Virus record (IMG/VR): IMGVR_UViG_3300045988_143356
DNA: 64,000 bases
Direction: 5' to 3' (one strand)
Source of the DNA: a virus
The notes beneath the pieces were generated by a model. It ran no database searches. It was not told the origin of the DNA and saw nothing but the letters and a program-made list of their open reading frames with translations. How positions within the stretch are numbered: position 1 is the first letter of the stretch; each line of letters opens with the position of its first letter. The translations under genes were made by a program, and so were the position numbers. This document shows positions 1 through 8,518 of this stretch, in pieces.

Positions 1-66
1 TGACTTGAACGTAAAAGGTTAAAATTCGTGTTTTGGGCGCGTTTTTGCCTAAAACCAAGGAAATGT

Positions 67-74
67 ATATCTTT
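67..74 (+). promoter_or_regulatory. Putative Bacteroidota-type -7 promoter box (TATCTTTG = TAnnTTTG) for the left + strand early operon
   Basis: Exact TAnnTTTG match 32 nt upstream of ATG 106. TTTG at 44-47 lies 19 nt upstream as a possible -33 element. The same octamer recurs at 12412, 23564 and 30804. Confidence 0.5.
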
Positions 75-105
75 GGGGGCGAAACCCCGTTAAAACTAAA
101 AAAAA

Positions 106-615
106 ATGAAAATTTGGGACAGGTTCGTGAGGCTCTGGTGCCTCAATGTCATGAACCCGGTCGTGGTCAGCGGCGAGAAGGGCGGGTTCAGGTATGTTTT
201 CCGCCGCTACACGCTGGAGCTGCGGACGGTGAGCGGCAACTGGCGGATGAGGGTGACGGCGTGCGAGCATCCGTGGGCGTATCTGCGGGCGAGCGTCGAG
301 CAGGGGAGGGAGGACAACGTGTTCGGGTTCGCGCACGTGCTGTACTACCTGACGATGACGATGACGACCGACCAGCGGCTTGTGGACGAGGTGCAGAAGG
401 CGCTCGTGGACTACGAGACGCGGCTGGCGGAGGGGGAGAAGTCCGGGGAGGACCCGGAGGAAGAGAAGGCCGCCATGGAGGAGGTCAAGGGCGTGCAGGA
501 GTACGTCGAGATGGGCGCGAGGGAGCGGAGGAAGTACGAGCGGGATGTGAACCGGCGATTTCGGAAGGCGGCGGAGAAGGTGAGGTCGGCACGGAATTTG
601 AAGGGTAAGGATTAA
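106..615 (+). CDS. Hypothetical protein (169 aa), acidic/basic helical C-terminus
   Basis: ATG ORF directly after the promoter box. The overlapping ORF 33..608 translates to Gly/Arg-rich low-complexity sequence and was rejected. Confidence 0.55.
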   Translation: MKIWDRFVRLWCLNVMNPVVVSGEKGGFRYVFRRYTLELRTVSGNWRMRVTACEHPWAYLRASVEQGREDNVFGFAHVLYYLTMTMTTDQRLVDEVQKALVDYETRLAEGEKSGEDPEEEKAAMEEVKGVQEYVEMGARERRKYERDVNRRFRKAAEKVRSARNLKGKD

Positions 616-625
616 AACAAAAAAA

Positions 626-1261
626 ATGGAAGAAGGAATTTTTTACAAGCGCGGCTCGAAGAGCGATTACGCCGGGGTGGATATGTTGCCTAACGGGAAA
701 GACATTCCTCGTCTGGTAATAACTGACATCCGCTTTCACGAGGCTTTGATGATTAACGGTCGTCAAGATAAGGAGCGTTGGACGGCGCATTTTGCACCTA
801 ATCCGTTCTGTAACAAGCCTTTACTCTTAAATTCGACGAACAAATCAAGGATAGCGAAGGCTTTCTGGAATACGCCGGTGGAGGATGGAACAGCGTGTGC
901 CGGAAGGATAAATCTGTTGCATAACATCCCGGTCCGTCTTACGGCGGAGGTCGCTCGTGACGTGGCTAATGGAGGTGAGACTCTTGGTCTCCGCGTCAGC
1001 CGCTATCCGGCGGCCACCGAGGAGGAGATGCAGCAGTGGCTCGTCGAGAACGGCTACGCACAGGCGCCGGAGCCGGCGCCGGCGGCGAAAAAGGTTATCA
1101 CCGAGGATAAGGTGGGTGTCATAGTCGAATGGGCGTTGAAGAACGGCCTTGACATGGCGGCGATAAAGGAGCGCTACGACTTCGAGAGCCAGACGGTCGA
1201 GGATGCGGTGGCTGACGGCATAGCCGCGAAGCCGCAGGAGAGTGACGATTTACCTGAGTAG
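626..1261 (+). CDS. Putative ssDNA-binding/annealing protein (gp2.5/DUF669-like) with acidic C-terminal tail
   Basis: 211 aa. N-terminal ...LPNGKDIPRLVITDIRF... resembles DUF669/gp2.5-type OB proteins (from memory). Ala/Pro linker, then acidic tail ...QESDDLPE. Sits immediately upstream of a YqaJ-type exonuclease (3-nt gap). Confidence 0.4.
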   Translation: MEEGIFYKRGSKSDYAGVDMLPNGKDIPRLVITDIRFHEALMINGRQDKERWTAHFAPNPFCNKPLLLNSTNKSRIAKAFWNTPVEDGTACAGRINLLHNIPVRLTAEVARDVANGGETLGLRVSRYPAATEEEMQQWLVENGYAQAPEPAPAAKKVITEDKVGVIVEWALKNGLDMAAIKERYDFESQTVEDAVADGIAAKPQESDDLPE

Positions 1262-1263
1262 CC

Positions 1264-2025
1264 ATGGACAAGAACGAGGTTTGGATGGAGAAGCGCTGCG
1301 GCAGGATTACCGCGAGCGAGCTGGGGCAGATAGTGTCCGCGTCCGGTAAGGTCATAGACGGGAATGTGTCGTATGTCCGCGCGAAGAGATTCGAGCGCGG
1401 GCACGGGTTCTCGCTGCCGGTGTCGGCAAGGGCTATGGACATCGGGAACGAGACGGAGCCGGACATCTTCCGCTGGGCCGTGGAGAACCTTCCGGAGTGC
1501 GGGGCGGCGCGTTTCGTGTACTCGAAGGACCTTCCGGAGGTGCCTTTCTGGGTTCCTGGGGGGATGCCGATGTTCGGCGCGAGCCCGGACGCCTATTCAG
1601 AGGACGAGAGCGTGGTTCTTGAGTTCAAGACGATGGTGGGCAACGAGACGGTGGAGTTCTTCTGTGACGGCCGTACGTGTTACGAGGAGAAGGCCCTGCG
1701 TGTGTTCAAGGACCACGGCCCGCAGATTCTGGGTCTGTTCCTGTCGAACCCGAAGGTTCGGAGCGTCGTTCTTGTGAAGTATGTCCCGCAGAGGGACGAC
1801 ATCATGAGGGACACGGACTCGCCGCTTGCCCCGTGGCGCGGCGTGGTGTTCCGTTTCCGCAGGGAGGACTACGTCGAAAGCATCGAGGAGATGCGCCGCA
1901 GGGTGCTTCTTTTTGACGCTTTCATAGACTCGGTTATAAACCCTTCGCGGATGAAGGACGGCTGGGAGCTTGTGGACGGGAAGTTGGTCAAGGTTGAAAA
2001 AGAGAGGAAAAGTGTTGCTGGATAA
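1264..2025 (+). CDS. YqaJ / lambda-Exo-like PD-(D/E)XK recombination exonuclease
   Basis: GRITASELGQI N-terminal motif, GNETEPDIF, and ASPDA...VVLEFKT, which matches the D...E-x-K catalytic signature. Confidence 0.75.
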   Translation: MDKNEVWMEKRCGRITASELGQIVSASGKVIDGNVSYVRAKRFERGHGFSLPVSARAMDIGNETEPDIFRWAVENLPECGAARFVYSKDLPEVPFWVPGGMPMFGASPDAYSEDESVVLEFKTMVGNETVEFFCDGRTCYEEKALRVFKDHGPQILGLFLSNPKVRSVVLVKYVPQRDDIMRDTDSPLAPWRGVVFRFRREDYVESIEEMRRRVLLFDAFIDSVINPSRMKDGWELVDGKLVKVEKERKSVAG

Positions 2026-2242
2026 CTGTTACATCTGCATTGACGGTCGCCGGATGGGGCGTCTCCGGCAGGGCGAGGACGGCGAGATGAGGCTGTTCCG
2101 CATGCCGGGGTGCTCCATCGGCGTCTATTTCGAGATGCTGGGATGGTTGATGGATAACGAGGATAACATAGCATGGGATTCGGTCAAAGAAGAAGGCCCC
2201 CGGAGGCCGACAGGAAGCTGTACGCTTACAAGACGCCGCTGA
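2012..2242 (+). CDS. Possible small Cys-containing protein (GTG start), or N-terminal part of the next gene
   Basis: Frame of ORF 1970..2242. GTG at 2012 overlaps the exonuclease stop by 14 nt. Peptide starts LLDNCYICIDGRRMG... It overlaps ORF 2173..2925 by 70 nt unless that gene starts at GTG 2266. Confidence 0.3.
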   Translation: MLLDNCYICIDGRRMGRLRQGEDGEMRLFRMPGCSIGVYFEMLGWLMDNEDNIAWDSVKEEGPRRPTGSCTLTRRR

Positions 2243-2925
2243 ACAGACGGAGCGCGCCTTACATAGTGCGTTTCTTCGACTACTGCTACAAGCGCGGTGT
2301 CTGGGACGCTTGCGACCACGGTGACGACTACGAGGTGCGGAGCTTCGTGGAGGAGCATTCCGTGTCGTGGAGGTTCGCCGTGCTCGGCGAGCCTGGCGAC
2401 CTTGACTGGGAGACCTGGCGCTTCCTTATGTACCGCTGGGCGAAGGAGCGCGGGATGAACGAGCTCGCGGAGTACTACATCTACGAGATAGTCCGTCAGA
2501 ACCATCTGTGGTATTTCCTTCCGTACTGCATGCGCTTCTATCTGAAAGGCATGGCAGACTGGCTGAAAAGGCCGGAGCCGGGCGGGATAGACCTGTTCAT
2601 GTCCACGCCGAGGGAGCGGTGGGTCACTGACGGGAGGCTGTCCGTCCGCATGGTCAACACGGACTACGTTTCGGACATGCACATGTTCGCCTTCGAGTAC
2701 CGCAGGGTGCCGGAGGACGACCGCGCGTTCAGCATCATAGCGTTCGAGCAGTACGCCCGCGCCATACACGACCTGACAAGGAAGTGGCGGGGCAGGCAGC
2801 AGTTCACATATCAAGTCCGGAAGGACCTGGAGGGGATCAAAAAGGAATCGTATGGAAGCGAAGAGTCAAGTATTAAACATGGACTGCCTGGAGTTCCTGA
2901 GGGAGCAGCCGGACAAGAGCTTTGA
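2173..2925 (+). CDS. Hypothetical protein (250 aa from ATG 2173; 219 aa if GTG 2266 is used)
   Basis: Long ORF with Trp/Tyr-rich, non-repetitive composition. No motif recognised. Antisense ORF 2125..2814 is treated as a shadow. Confidence 0.6.
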   Translation: MGFGQRRRPPEADRKLYAYKTPLNRRSAPYIVRFFDYCYKRGVWDACDHGDDYEVRSFVEEHSVSWRFAVLGEPGDLDWETWRFLMYRWAKERGMNELAEYYIYEIVRQNHLWYFLPYCMRFYLKGMADWLKRPEPGGIDLFMSTPRERWVTDGRLSVRMVNTDYVSDMHMFAFEYRRVPEDDRAFSIIAFEQYARAIHDLTRKWRGRQQFTYQVRKDLEGIKKESYGSEESSIKHGLPGVPEGAAGQEL

Positions 2926-3554
2926 CCTGGCGGTGGTCGATCCGCCTTACGGGGGAGCCAATGACCTCAGTATCAATGGGGGGGGGGCGTTTCGGCGAAA
3001 GGTTCGACCGCTACAAGAACGGGCGGGACATGGGCGACGAAGTACGGAAAAAAATCATAGGCTGGGACGTGGCACCCGGCGAGGAATATTTCAAGGAGCT
3101 TTTCCGTGTCTCGAAGAATCAGATAATCTGGGGTGGGAACTATTTCTCTCTCCCGCCGACAAGGTGCTTCCTTGTCTGGCGCAAGCTGACCATATCCGAG
3201 AGTTTCACGATGGCGATGGCGGAGTACGCGTGGACAAGCTTCAACGGCAACGCCAAGGTGTTCGAGTGCGCTCCGCAGGGCGCGTCGAAGGATCAGCGGT
3301 TCCACCCGACGCAGAAGCCCGTCGCGCTTTACACGTGGGTCTTCAAGCAGTTCGCCAAGCCGGGGGACAGGGTTCTGGACACGCATCTTGGGAGCGGATC
3401 GTCAAGGATAGCGGCGTACGGCCTGGACCTGGACTTCACCGGGATAGAGATAGACAAGGATTATTTCGACAAGTCGGTGGAGCGTTTCGAGCGCGTCTGT
3501 CACGGCGTGCAGGACATCGGCGGTCACAAGGTGGAGCAGGGCAGCCTGTTTTAG
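2852..3554 (+). CDS. DNA methyltransferase (beta-class N6A/N4C, DPPY type); reading frame broken at a G10 tract
   Basis: Frame of 2852 carries MDCLEFL...FDLAVVDPPYGG (motif IV). Frame of 2922 carries RVSKNQIIWGGNYF, FHPTQKPVAL and VLDTHLGSGSS (motif I). The two frames meet exactly at the G run 2978-2987. One fewer G gives one continuous ORF of about 233 aa. Confidence 0.8.
2978..2987 (+). repeat. Homopolymeric G10 tract inside the methyltransferase gene
   Basis: Counted directly: ...atcaat GGGGGGGGGG cgtttcgg... Confidence 0.95.
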
Positions 3555-3555
3555 G

Positions 3556-4059
3556 ATGGGGCTGGGCATAGACATAGCCGACAAGGCGCCGAAGCTTTTC
3601 CGCACGGGGCACGAGAATCCAGGGGAGTTCCGCCTGGATTATATCCTGCTTCCCTACGGCCTCTTCTACGAGAAGACTTCCTGCGTGTTGAAGGCCAAGA
3701 GGGGGGACCGGATAAGGCTTTTCAACGGCCCCGACTGCCGCATAATCAAGGCCGTGGTGGTCGAGGGTGACCTGTGCGATTTGCTTTGCCGGATGCGCTA
3801 TGGCGTGGCCTGGCGCATAGCGTACCAGAAGTGGCTTCTGAACGCCCGCATGGAGGGTTTCGGCAAGGATGTATTCTTTGAGGACAAGTGTATTTTTGTG
3901 GTTTTTGACAGGGATGACAACAAGGAGGAACAGAACACCGCGGCCGTCGCGCTGCGTGGAAACAAAAGTGTACCGGGTGCAGGCAAGAGGCGCGGACGCC
4001 CTGCTTCTGCCAAGAAACGCCGTGGAAGACGCGTTCTGGACAAGAGGGGCAGAGGTTGA
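3556..4059 (+). CDS. Hypothetical protein with basic AT-hook-like C-terminus
   Basis: 167 aa. C-terminal GKRRGRPASAKKRRGRR resembles an AT-hook (RGRP). Starts 2 nt after the methyltransferase stop. Confidence 0.6.
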   Translation: MGLGIDIADKAPKLFRTGHENPGEFRLDYILLPYGLFYEKTSCVLKAKRGDRIRLFNGPDCRIIKAVVVEGDLCDLLCRMRYGVAWRIAYQKWLLNARMEGFGKDVFFEDKCIFVVFDRDDNKEEQNTAAVALRGNKSVPGAGKRRGRPASAKKRRGRRVLDKRGRG

Positions 4060-4267
4060 CGCGCTTTTCGAGACGCTTGACGGCAAGAGGTCGCGCCCGC
4101 GTTTCATCGCGGCCTGGAACGACAAGGGAGGCGAGTACGACGGCGAGCTGGATGATGTTTGCCGGCAGCGCTTCGGGTTCCCGTTCGTGAACATCCGGTC
4201 GATGTGGAACTGTCGGCTGGGTTTTGTCGATGACTACTGGTTTTTGGTGGAGTTGGAAGAGGCATGA
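4022..4267 (+). CDS. Possible small hypothetical protein (GTG start)
   Basis: Distal part of ORF 3869..4267. The only plausible start that avoids a large overlap is GTG 4022. Ends in an ATGA overlap with the helicase start. Confidence 0.35.
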   Translation: MEDAFWTRGAEVDALFETLDGKRSRPRFIAAWNDKGGEYDGELDDVCRQRFGFPFVNIRSMWNCRLGFVDDYWFLVELEEA

Positions 4268-5814
4268 TCAAGCTTAGGGACTATCAAAACACTGCTGTAG
4301 CCGAGATACGGGAGGCTTTGGTGCGGTATCGCAAGGTGCTTTTCTGCGCTCCGTGCGGTATGGGCAAAACTATCTGTTTCAGTTACATTGCGCAACAAAG
4401 CCAGAGATTCAACCGCAAGGTTTTGATTCTATCAAGCCGTTGCGAGATATTGATGCAAAACGGTGGTGCGTTGGAAAGCTTCAATCTGGACATCGACTAT
4501 ATTTCACCGAAGCACAAGAACGTGCCGACACGCAATGTTGTGGTGGCGATGGCGCAGACGTTGAAACGCCGTGTGGAGAAGCAGGAATGGCGTGACTATC
4601 TTGCTGGTGTGGAGTTTGTGATAATAGACGAGTGCCACGAGTGCATCACTGACTACATACATCCATATCTGCGCGAGGACGTATGGCTTCTTGGTGTCAC
4701 CGCCACGCCTTGCCGCAGGTCTCACCAGGCGCAACTTGGAAGTTTCTATAAGGCTATGGTACGCACGGTGACGGTGAAGGATTTGGTGTCTATGGGGTAT
4801 CTTTCCAAGTCAACGTTCTATTCGATAGTGGCGCCGTCTTTGGAAGGCGTGAACATAGATTCCGGCACTGGCGACTATAATAAGCGCCAGTTGGCTCAGC
4901 GGTTCGAGAGCAAGAAACTCTACACGGGTATAGTTGACGAGTATCAGCGTCTTACACCGGGACAGAAGACCATCTGTTTCTGCGTGAGCGCAAAGCAGGC
5001 GATAGACATCACCGCCGAGTTCTGTTCGCGTGGCGTGTCCGCGAAATACGTTCTTTCCGGAGACTTCGATTCCGACGAGACATATAGCGGCAGGCGCGAT
5101 GACGTATTTGACGAGTTCCGTGACAACAAGTTTCAGGTTCTTGTGAATGTAGGTGTCTGCACCGCCGGATTTGATCAGCGCGACATTGAGGTTGTTATTC
5201 TGAATTTCGCCACGGTGTCGTTGAGCCGTTATCTTCAAGCCGTGGGGAGGGGCGCGCGTGTTACCGACACGAAACACGAGTTTACGGTTCTGGATGCGGG
5301 TGGAAACTACGCCAAGTTCGGTATCTATGAGAAGGACAGGGATTTCTCCTTATGGCACGACGAGCATAGCAGCGCGGGTGTGATGGCTATGAAGATTTGC
5401 GACACTACAAAACTCGATTGTGAGGGTAAGCGTGGCTGCGGTTGTATGATTCCGATATCATTGAAGGTCTGTCCTAATTGCGGTTACATATTCAGGACAG
5501 CCGAGTACGAGTACAGACTCCACTTGGAAAAGGTGCAGGAGGAGTCGGAATATGGCAGCATTGAGTCTTTCGCCTCCGCCAAGCGTCTTGAAGGCTGGAA
5601 AATCAACCGAATATGCGTTGCGGTATGCTTGAAAGACCCAGACAATGCCAAGAAGTGCTGTATGAAGGCGTATCTTGCGGTCAATCCCGACAAGTCTCTG
5701 CGTGATGCGGAGCGCTTCTGGTGGGCGTTCCAGAAGAACGTGTGGAGCAAGGTAAAAACCAAGCGCAAGCCGGTTTGCTCTTCGGGCGGAAAAGAGTTAA
5801 CTTTGCCCTTATGA
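4264..5814 (+). CDS. SF2 DEAD/DEAH-box DNA helicase with C-terminal zinc ribbon
   Basis: Walker A CAPCGMGKT, motif II IIDECH, motif III VTATP, motif VI QAVGRGAR, and CPNCGYIF. Confidence 0.85.
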   Translation: MIKLRDYQNTAVAEIREALVRYRKVLFCAPCGMGKTICFSYIAQQSQRFNRKVLILSSRCEILMQNGGALESFNLDIDYISPKHKNVPTRNVVVAMAQTLKRRVEKQEWRDYLAGVEFVIIDECHECITDYIHPYLREDVWLLGVTATPCRRSHQAQLGSFYKAMVRTVTVKDLVSMGYLSKSTFYSIVAPSLEGVNIDSGTGDYNKRQLAQRFESKKLYTGIVDEYQRLTPGQKTICFCVSAKQAIDITAEFCSRGVSAKYVLSGDFDSDETYSGRRDDVFDEFRDNKFQVLVNVGVCTAGFDQRDIEVVILNFATVSLSRYLQAVGRGARVTDTKHEFTVLDAGGNYAKFGIYEKDRDFSLWHDEHSSAGVMAMKICDTTKLDCEGKRGCGCMIPISLKVCPNCGYIFRTAEYEYRLHLEKVQEESEYGSIESFASAKRLEGWKINRICVAVCLKDPDNAKKCCMKAYLAVNPDKSLRDAERFWWAFQKNVWSKVKTKRKPVCSSGGKELTLPL

Positions 5815-6212
5815 TAACAGAAGCAGAAGAAAGACCAAAGAAACGTGGTCACGGTCAACCGGAGGCACGCATACAGGCAAGCTGTGTGGCTTGGCTTTGG
5901 AACACCTATCCAAAGACGAGGGGATGCTATATTCATATCCCCAACGAAGGCAACCGCAGCAGTGTTATAGACGGTGCCGCAAGAAAGGCTCTCGGACTGA
6001 TTGCGGGCGCTCCGGACACATTCCTTTTCATCCCGAACAAGAGGTATTTCGGCCTTGCTGTCGAGTTCAAGACGGAGACTGGAGTACAGAGCCAGGCGCA
6101 GAAAGATTTCCAGAAAAGGCTTGAAATTAACGGCTACCGCTACGAGCTTTGCCGTTCTTTGGAACAATTCAAAACAATAATAGAAGAATATCTTAGCGAT
6201 GGCAGCAGGTAA
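5811..6212 (+). CDS. VRR-NUC domain nuclease
   Basis: ATG 5811 forms an ATGA overlap with the helicase stop. ...GLIAGAPDTFLF...GLAVEFKTETGVQSQAQ matches the VRR-NUC PD...ExK...S..Q pattern. Confidence 0.75.
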   Translation: MITEAEERPKKRGHGQPEARIQASCVAWLWNTYPKTRGCYIHIPNEGNRSSVIDGAARKALGLIAGAPDTFLFIPNKRYFGLAVEFKTETGVQSQAQKDFQKRLEINGYRYELCRSLEQFKTIIEEYLSDGSR

Positions 6213-6834
6213 ACCATTGATACCTTTGCGCCCGGACAATTTCATTTCTCCGTTGACGCAGGACGAGCAGTCCGCACTCACATGGCACGTCCTTTCGGGA
6301 TGTCCCAAGAAGACGGCATTCTTGCTTTTCGCAAGGCCGGATATGCTTACATCCAAGGCCCAGGCGGCGATAGACTCCTATGTCAGGCAGTTCTACGCCA
6401 GGCCCGAGAGCATTGATTACATGAGGGCGTACAGCGACACCCTTGACGCCTTCCTTCACCCGAAGGTGGTCACAGAGGAGAAGCGCCCGATTGCGGAGCG
6501 CAAGGCGGCGTCGAAGGCTAAGCTGATGGAGTTCGCGATGACGATGATAGACAACATCGAGCAGGCGCAGGACCCGGAGTTCGTGTTGAAGATGGCTGAC
6601 AAGTTGTCACTTCTCGACGGCGGCGAGGAGAAGCCGGAGAAGCCGAGGCGCTACCTTCCGGTGTCGTGCATGCAGGAGTGCCGCTACCGTCTTTTCTGCG
6701 AGGAGAACACGGTTGACGAGTGCCAGTACTGCAAGTACAAGCGTTTCTCCGAGGAGAACGGTCTTGTGCTGACACCGCAGACCCAGCTTGATGTGGCACG
6801 GGATTTGAAGGAGGAAGGGGAAAAGGATTCGTAA
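6199..6834 (+). CDS. Hypothetical protein with C-terminal Cys cluster
   Basis: 211 aa. ...VSCMQECRYRLFCEENTVDECQYCKY... Confidence 0.6.
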   Translation: MAAGKPLIPLRPDNFISPLTQDEQSALTWHVLSGCPKKTAFLLFARPDMLTSKAQAAIDSYVRQFYARPESIDYMRAYSDTLDAFLHPKVVTEEKRPIAERKAASKAKLMEFAMTMIDNIEQAQDPEFVLKMADKLSLLDGGEEKPEKPRRYLPVSCMQECRYRLFCEENTVDECQYCKYKRFSEENGLVLTPQTQLDVARDLKEEGEKDS

Positions 6835-7223
6835 TGGAAAAAGAACTGAAACAAAAATTCGAGGAGGTATGCAACGCATACCTTGACGCTTTCGTGAAGA
6901 GGCACGATCTGGTCTCGGCGGACTGGGTAGGTCCGGGCGTGGGCGAAATCGTTTGCGCAAACGACGATGTTTTTCTTGACTTCAATGACATTCGCTACGA
7001 TGTGGACAACACCGCCTCGCTGTGCGTCAACGAGATATGGGACTGGGTGGACTACTGCCGAAGGCTTGAATATCTTGAGTGCCCGAAGAAAATCAACTTT
7101 CCCTCATGGTGCAAGGGCGCGCCGAAGCCGTACACCTTAAAGATGCTGGACGAGCTGGAGCGGCTACACGATGCCGTCCTTGAGTCGAAGCGGCGTTTGT
7201 CGGCGTGTTTTGTGCAGCAATGA
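6834..7223 (+). CDS. Hypothetical protein
   Basis: 129 aa. Start overlaps the previous stop (TAATG). Confidence 0.6.
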   Translation: MEKELKQKFEEVCNAYLDAFVKRHDLVSADWVGPGVGEIVCANDDVFLDFNDIRYDVDNTASLCVNEIWDWVDYCRRLEYLECPKKINFPSWCKGAPKPYTLKMLDELERLHDAVLESKRRLSACFVQQ

Positions 7224-7296
7224 AACTCATGAAGTGGCACGAGATACCTGAGAACGCCGGCAAGGGGCATTACTTCAATTTTATAGAGAAAACGGT

Positions 7297-8073
7297 ATGA
7301 CAATAAATGGTAAGGTTCACTGTTTCTTCGAGCAAAGCGGGACTTTCAAGAACGAGTTCAAGAAATTAGGGATAGATGCGGTGGATGTGGACATCCAAAA
7401 CAATTTCGGCCAGACCGACCATGTTGTCGATTTGTTCGCCGAGATTGAAACCGCTTATGGGGGGGGGCAATCAAAGGTTTGGGATTCGATTACTTGCGAT
7501 GATTTGATTATGGCGTTTTTCCCTTGCATATATTTTTCAGCATTATCGCAAATGGCTTTTTCATTTGGATGTGTAAATTATAGAAAGTTGTCAGACAAGG
7601 AAAAGGCTGATGCGATACTTGAAAGAAGCCATAACAGAGAATATTTTTTCGGGTTGGCGGTAAAGATGTTGACAGTGGCGAAAATGCGTGGATTGAGATT
7701 GATAATGGAGAACCCTTGGGCAGAACAAACTTTTTTGAAGGCAAACTTCGTGATGCCTCCGACATTAGTGGATAACAATCGTATGCTGCGAGGTGATTAC
7801 TTTGTGAAGCCTACGGCTTATTGGTTTATTAACTGCAAACCAACATACGGATTGACAGAACAAAAAGACAAAAAAGCAAAAACGATAAACAAGGCTAAGC
7901 CCGGAATCAGAGCTGGGATATGCTCCGAGGAGCGCAGCATGATAAGCCCCGACTACGCGAGGAACTTCATCTGCGACTTCATCCTTGGGAAAGAGCAGAA
8001 AGGGACACAACTTAATTTGTTTGAAAATGAGCAGGACAAACATACTGATAAACGATTCAGGCACCGACTTTAG
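7297..8073 (+). CDS. Divergent C5-cytosine DNA methyltransferase-like protein containing an in-frame G9 tract
   Basis: FFEQSGTF (motif I-like), MAFFPCIYFS (PC motif IV-like), LIMENPW (ENV motif VI-like), and C-terminal SPDYARNFI. Assignment is by motif order only. Confidence 0.5.
   Translation: MTINGKVHCFFEQSGTFKNEFKKLGIDAVDVDIQNNFGQTDHVVDLFAEIETAYGGGQSKVWDSITCDDLIMAFFPCIYFSALSQMAFSFGCVNYRKLSDKEKADAILERSHNREYFFGLAVKMLTVAKMRGLRLIMENPWAEQTFLKANFVMPPTLVDNNRMLRGDYFVKPTAYWFINCKPTYGLTEQKDKKAKTINKAKPGIRAGICSEERSMISPDYARNFICDFILGKEQKGTQLNLFENEQDKHTDKRFRHRL
7459..7467 (+). repeat. Homopolymeric G9 tract (encodes GGG, in frame) in the second methyltransferase-like gene
   Basis: Counted directly: ...gcttat GGGGGGGGG caatca... 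Confidence 0.95.
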
Positions 8074-8500
8074 TGCGGAGGGATATGCCGCGCTGGGCGT
8101 GTTATTGGAGATGGTCTGGGGAATCCAGACGATGGGCGCGAGAATGGCCAAGGCCCTTGACCGCATAGGCGCAAAGGACTGTCTTGTGCAGCGCAAGAAA
8201 CACGCCTTCAACGAGGCGAAAAAGAACATCAACGCCTTTCTGAAAGGCTTGGAGGCCGCCTTTGACGAGACGTTTAATTACGCTATGTGCCGCGTGCCGG
8301 AGGGAACTTTGGAGCGCACGGAGGCTTTGCAGTCCTACGCCGACGACATCGTGCGGCTGCTTATACTGTACTATTCGAGGGTTGACGGAGACCCGCAGGG
8401 CAACGACAAGCGTCAAAGGGTGCACAAGGCGATAGCGAACTTCAAGCCTGTTCCGGGCTTTGACGCCGAGGCACTGATCAAGTTTTTCAAGATGCAATAA
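8027..8500 (+). CDS. Hypothetical protein
   Basis: ORF 7985..8500. ATG 8027 (MSRTNILIN...) is preferred; ATG 8111 is an alternative. Confidence 0.5.
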   Translation: MSRTNILINDSGTDFSAEGYAALGVLLEMVWGIQTMGARMAKALDRIGAKDCLVQRKKHAFNEAKKNINAFLKGLEAAFDETFNYAMCRVPEGTLERTEALQSYADDIVRLLILYYSRVDGDPQGNDKRQRVHKAIANFKPVPGFDAEALIKFFKMQ

Positions 8501-8518
8501 CTTATTATTCAATAATAT

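Noticed and set aside
3869-4021. The upstream part of ORF 3869..4267 as coding sequence.
   Set aside because: It overlaps 3556..4059 by about 190 nt and translates to a hydrophobic/Arg-rich sequence. Only the distal part from GTG 4022 was kept, at low confidence.
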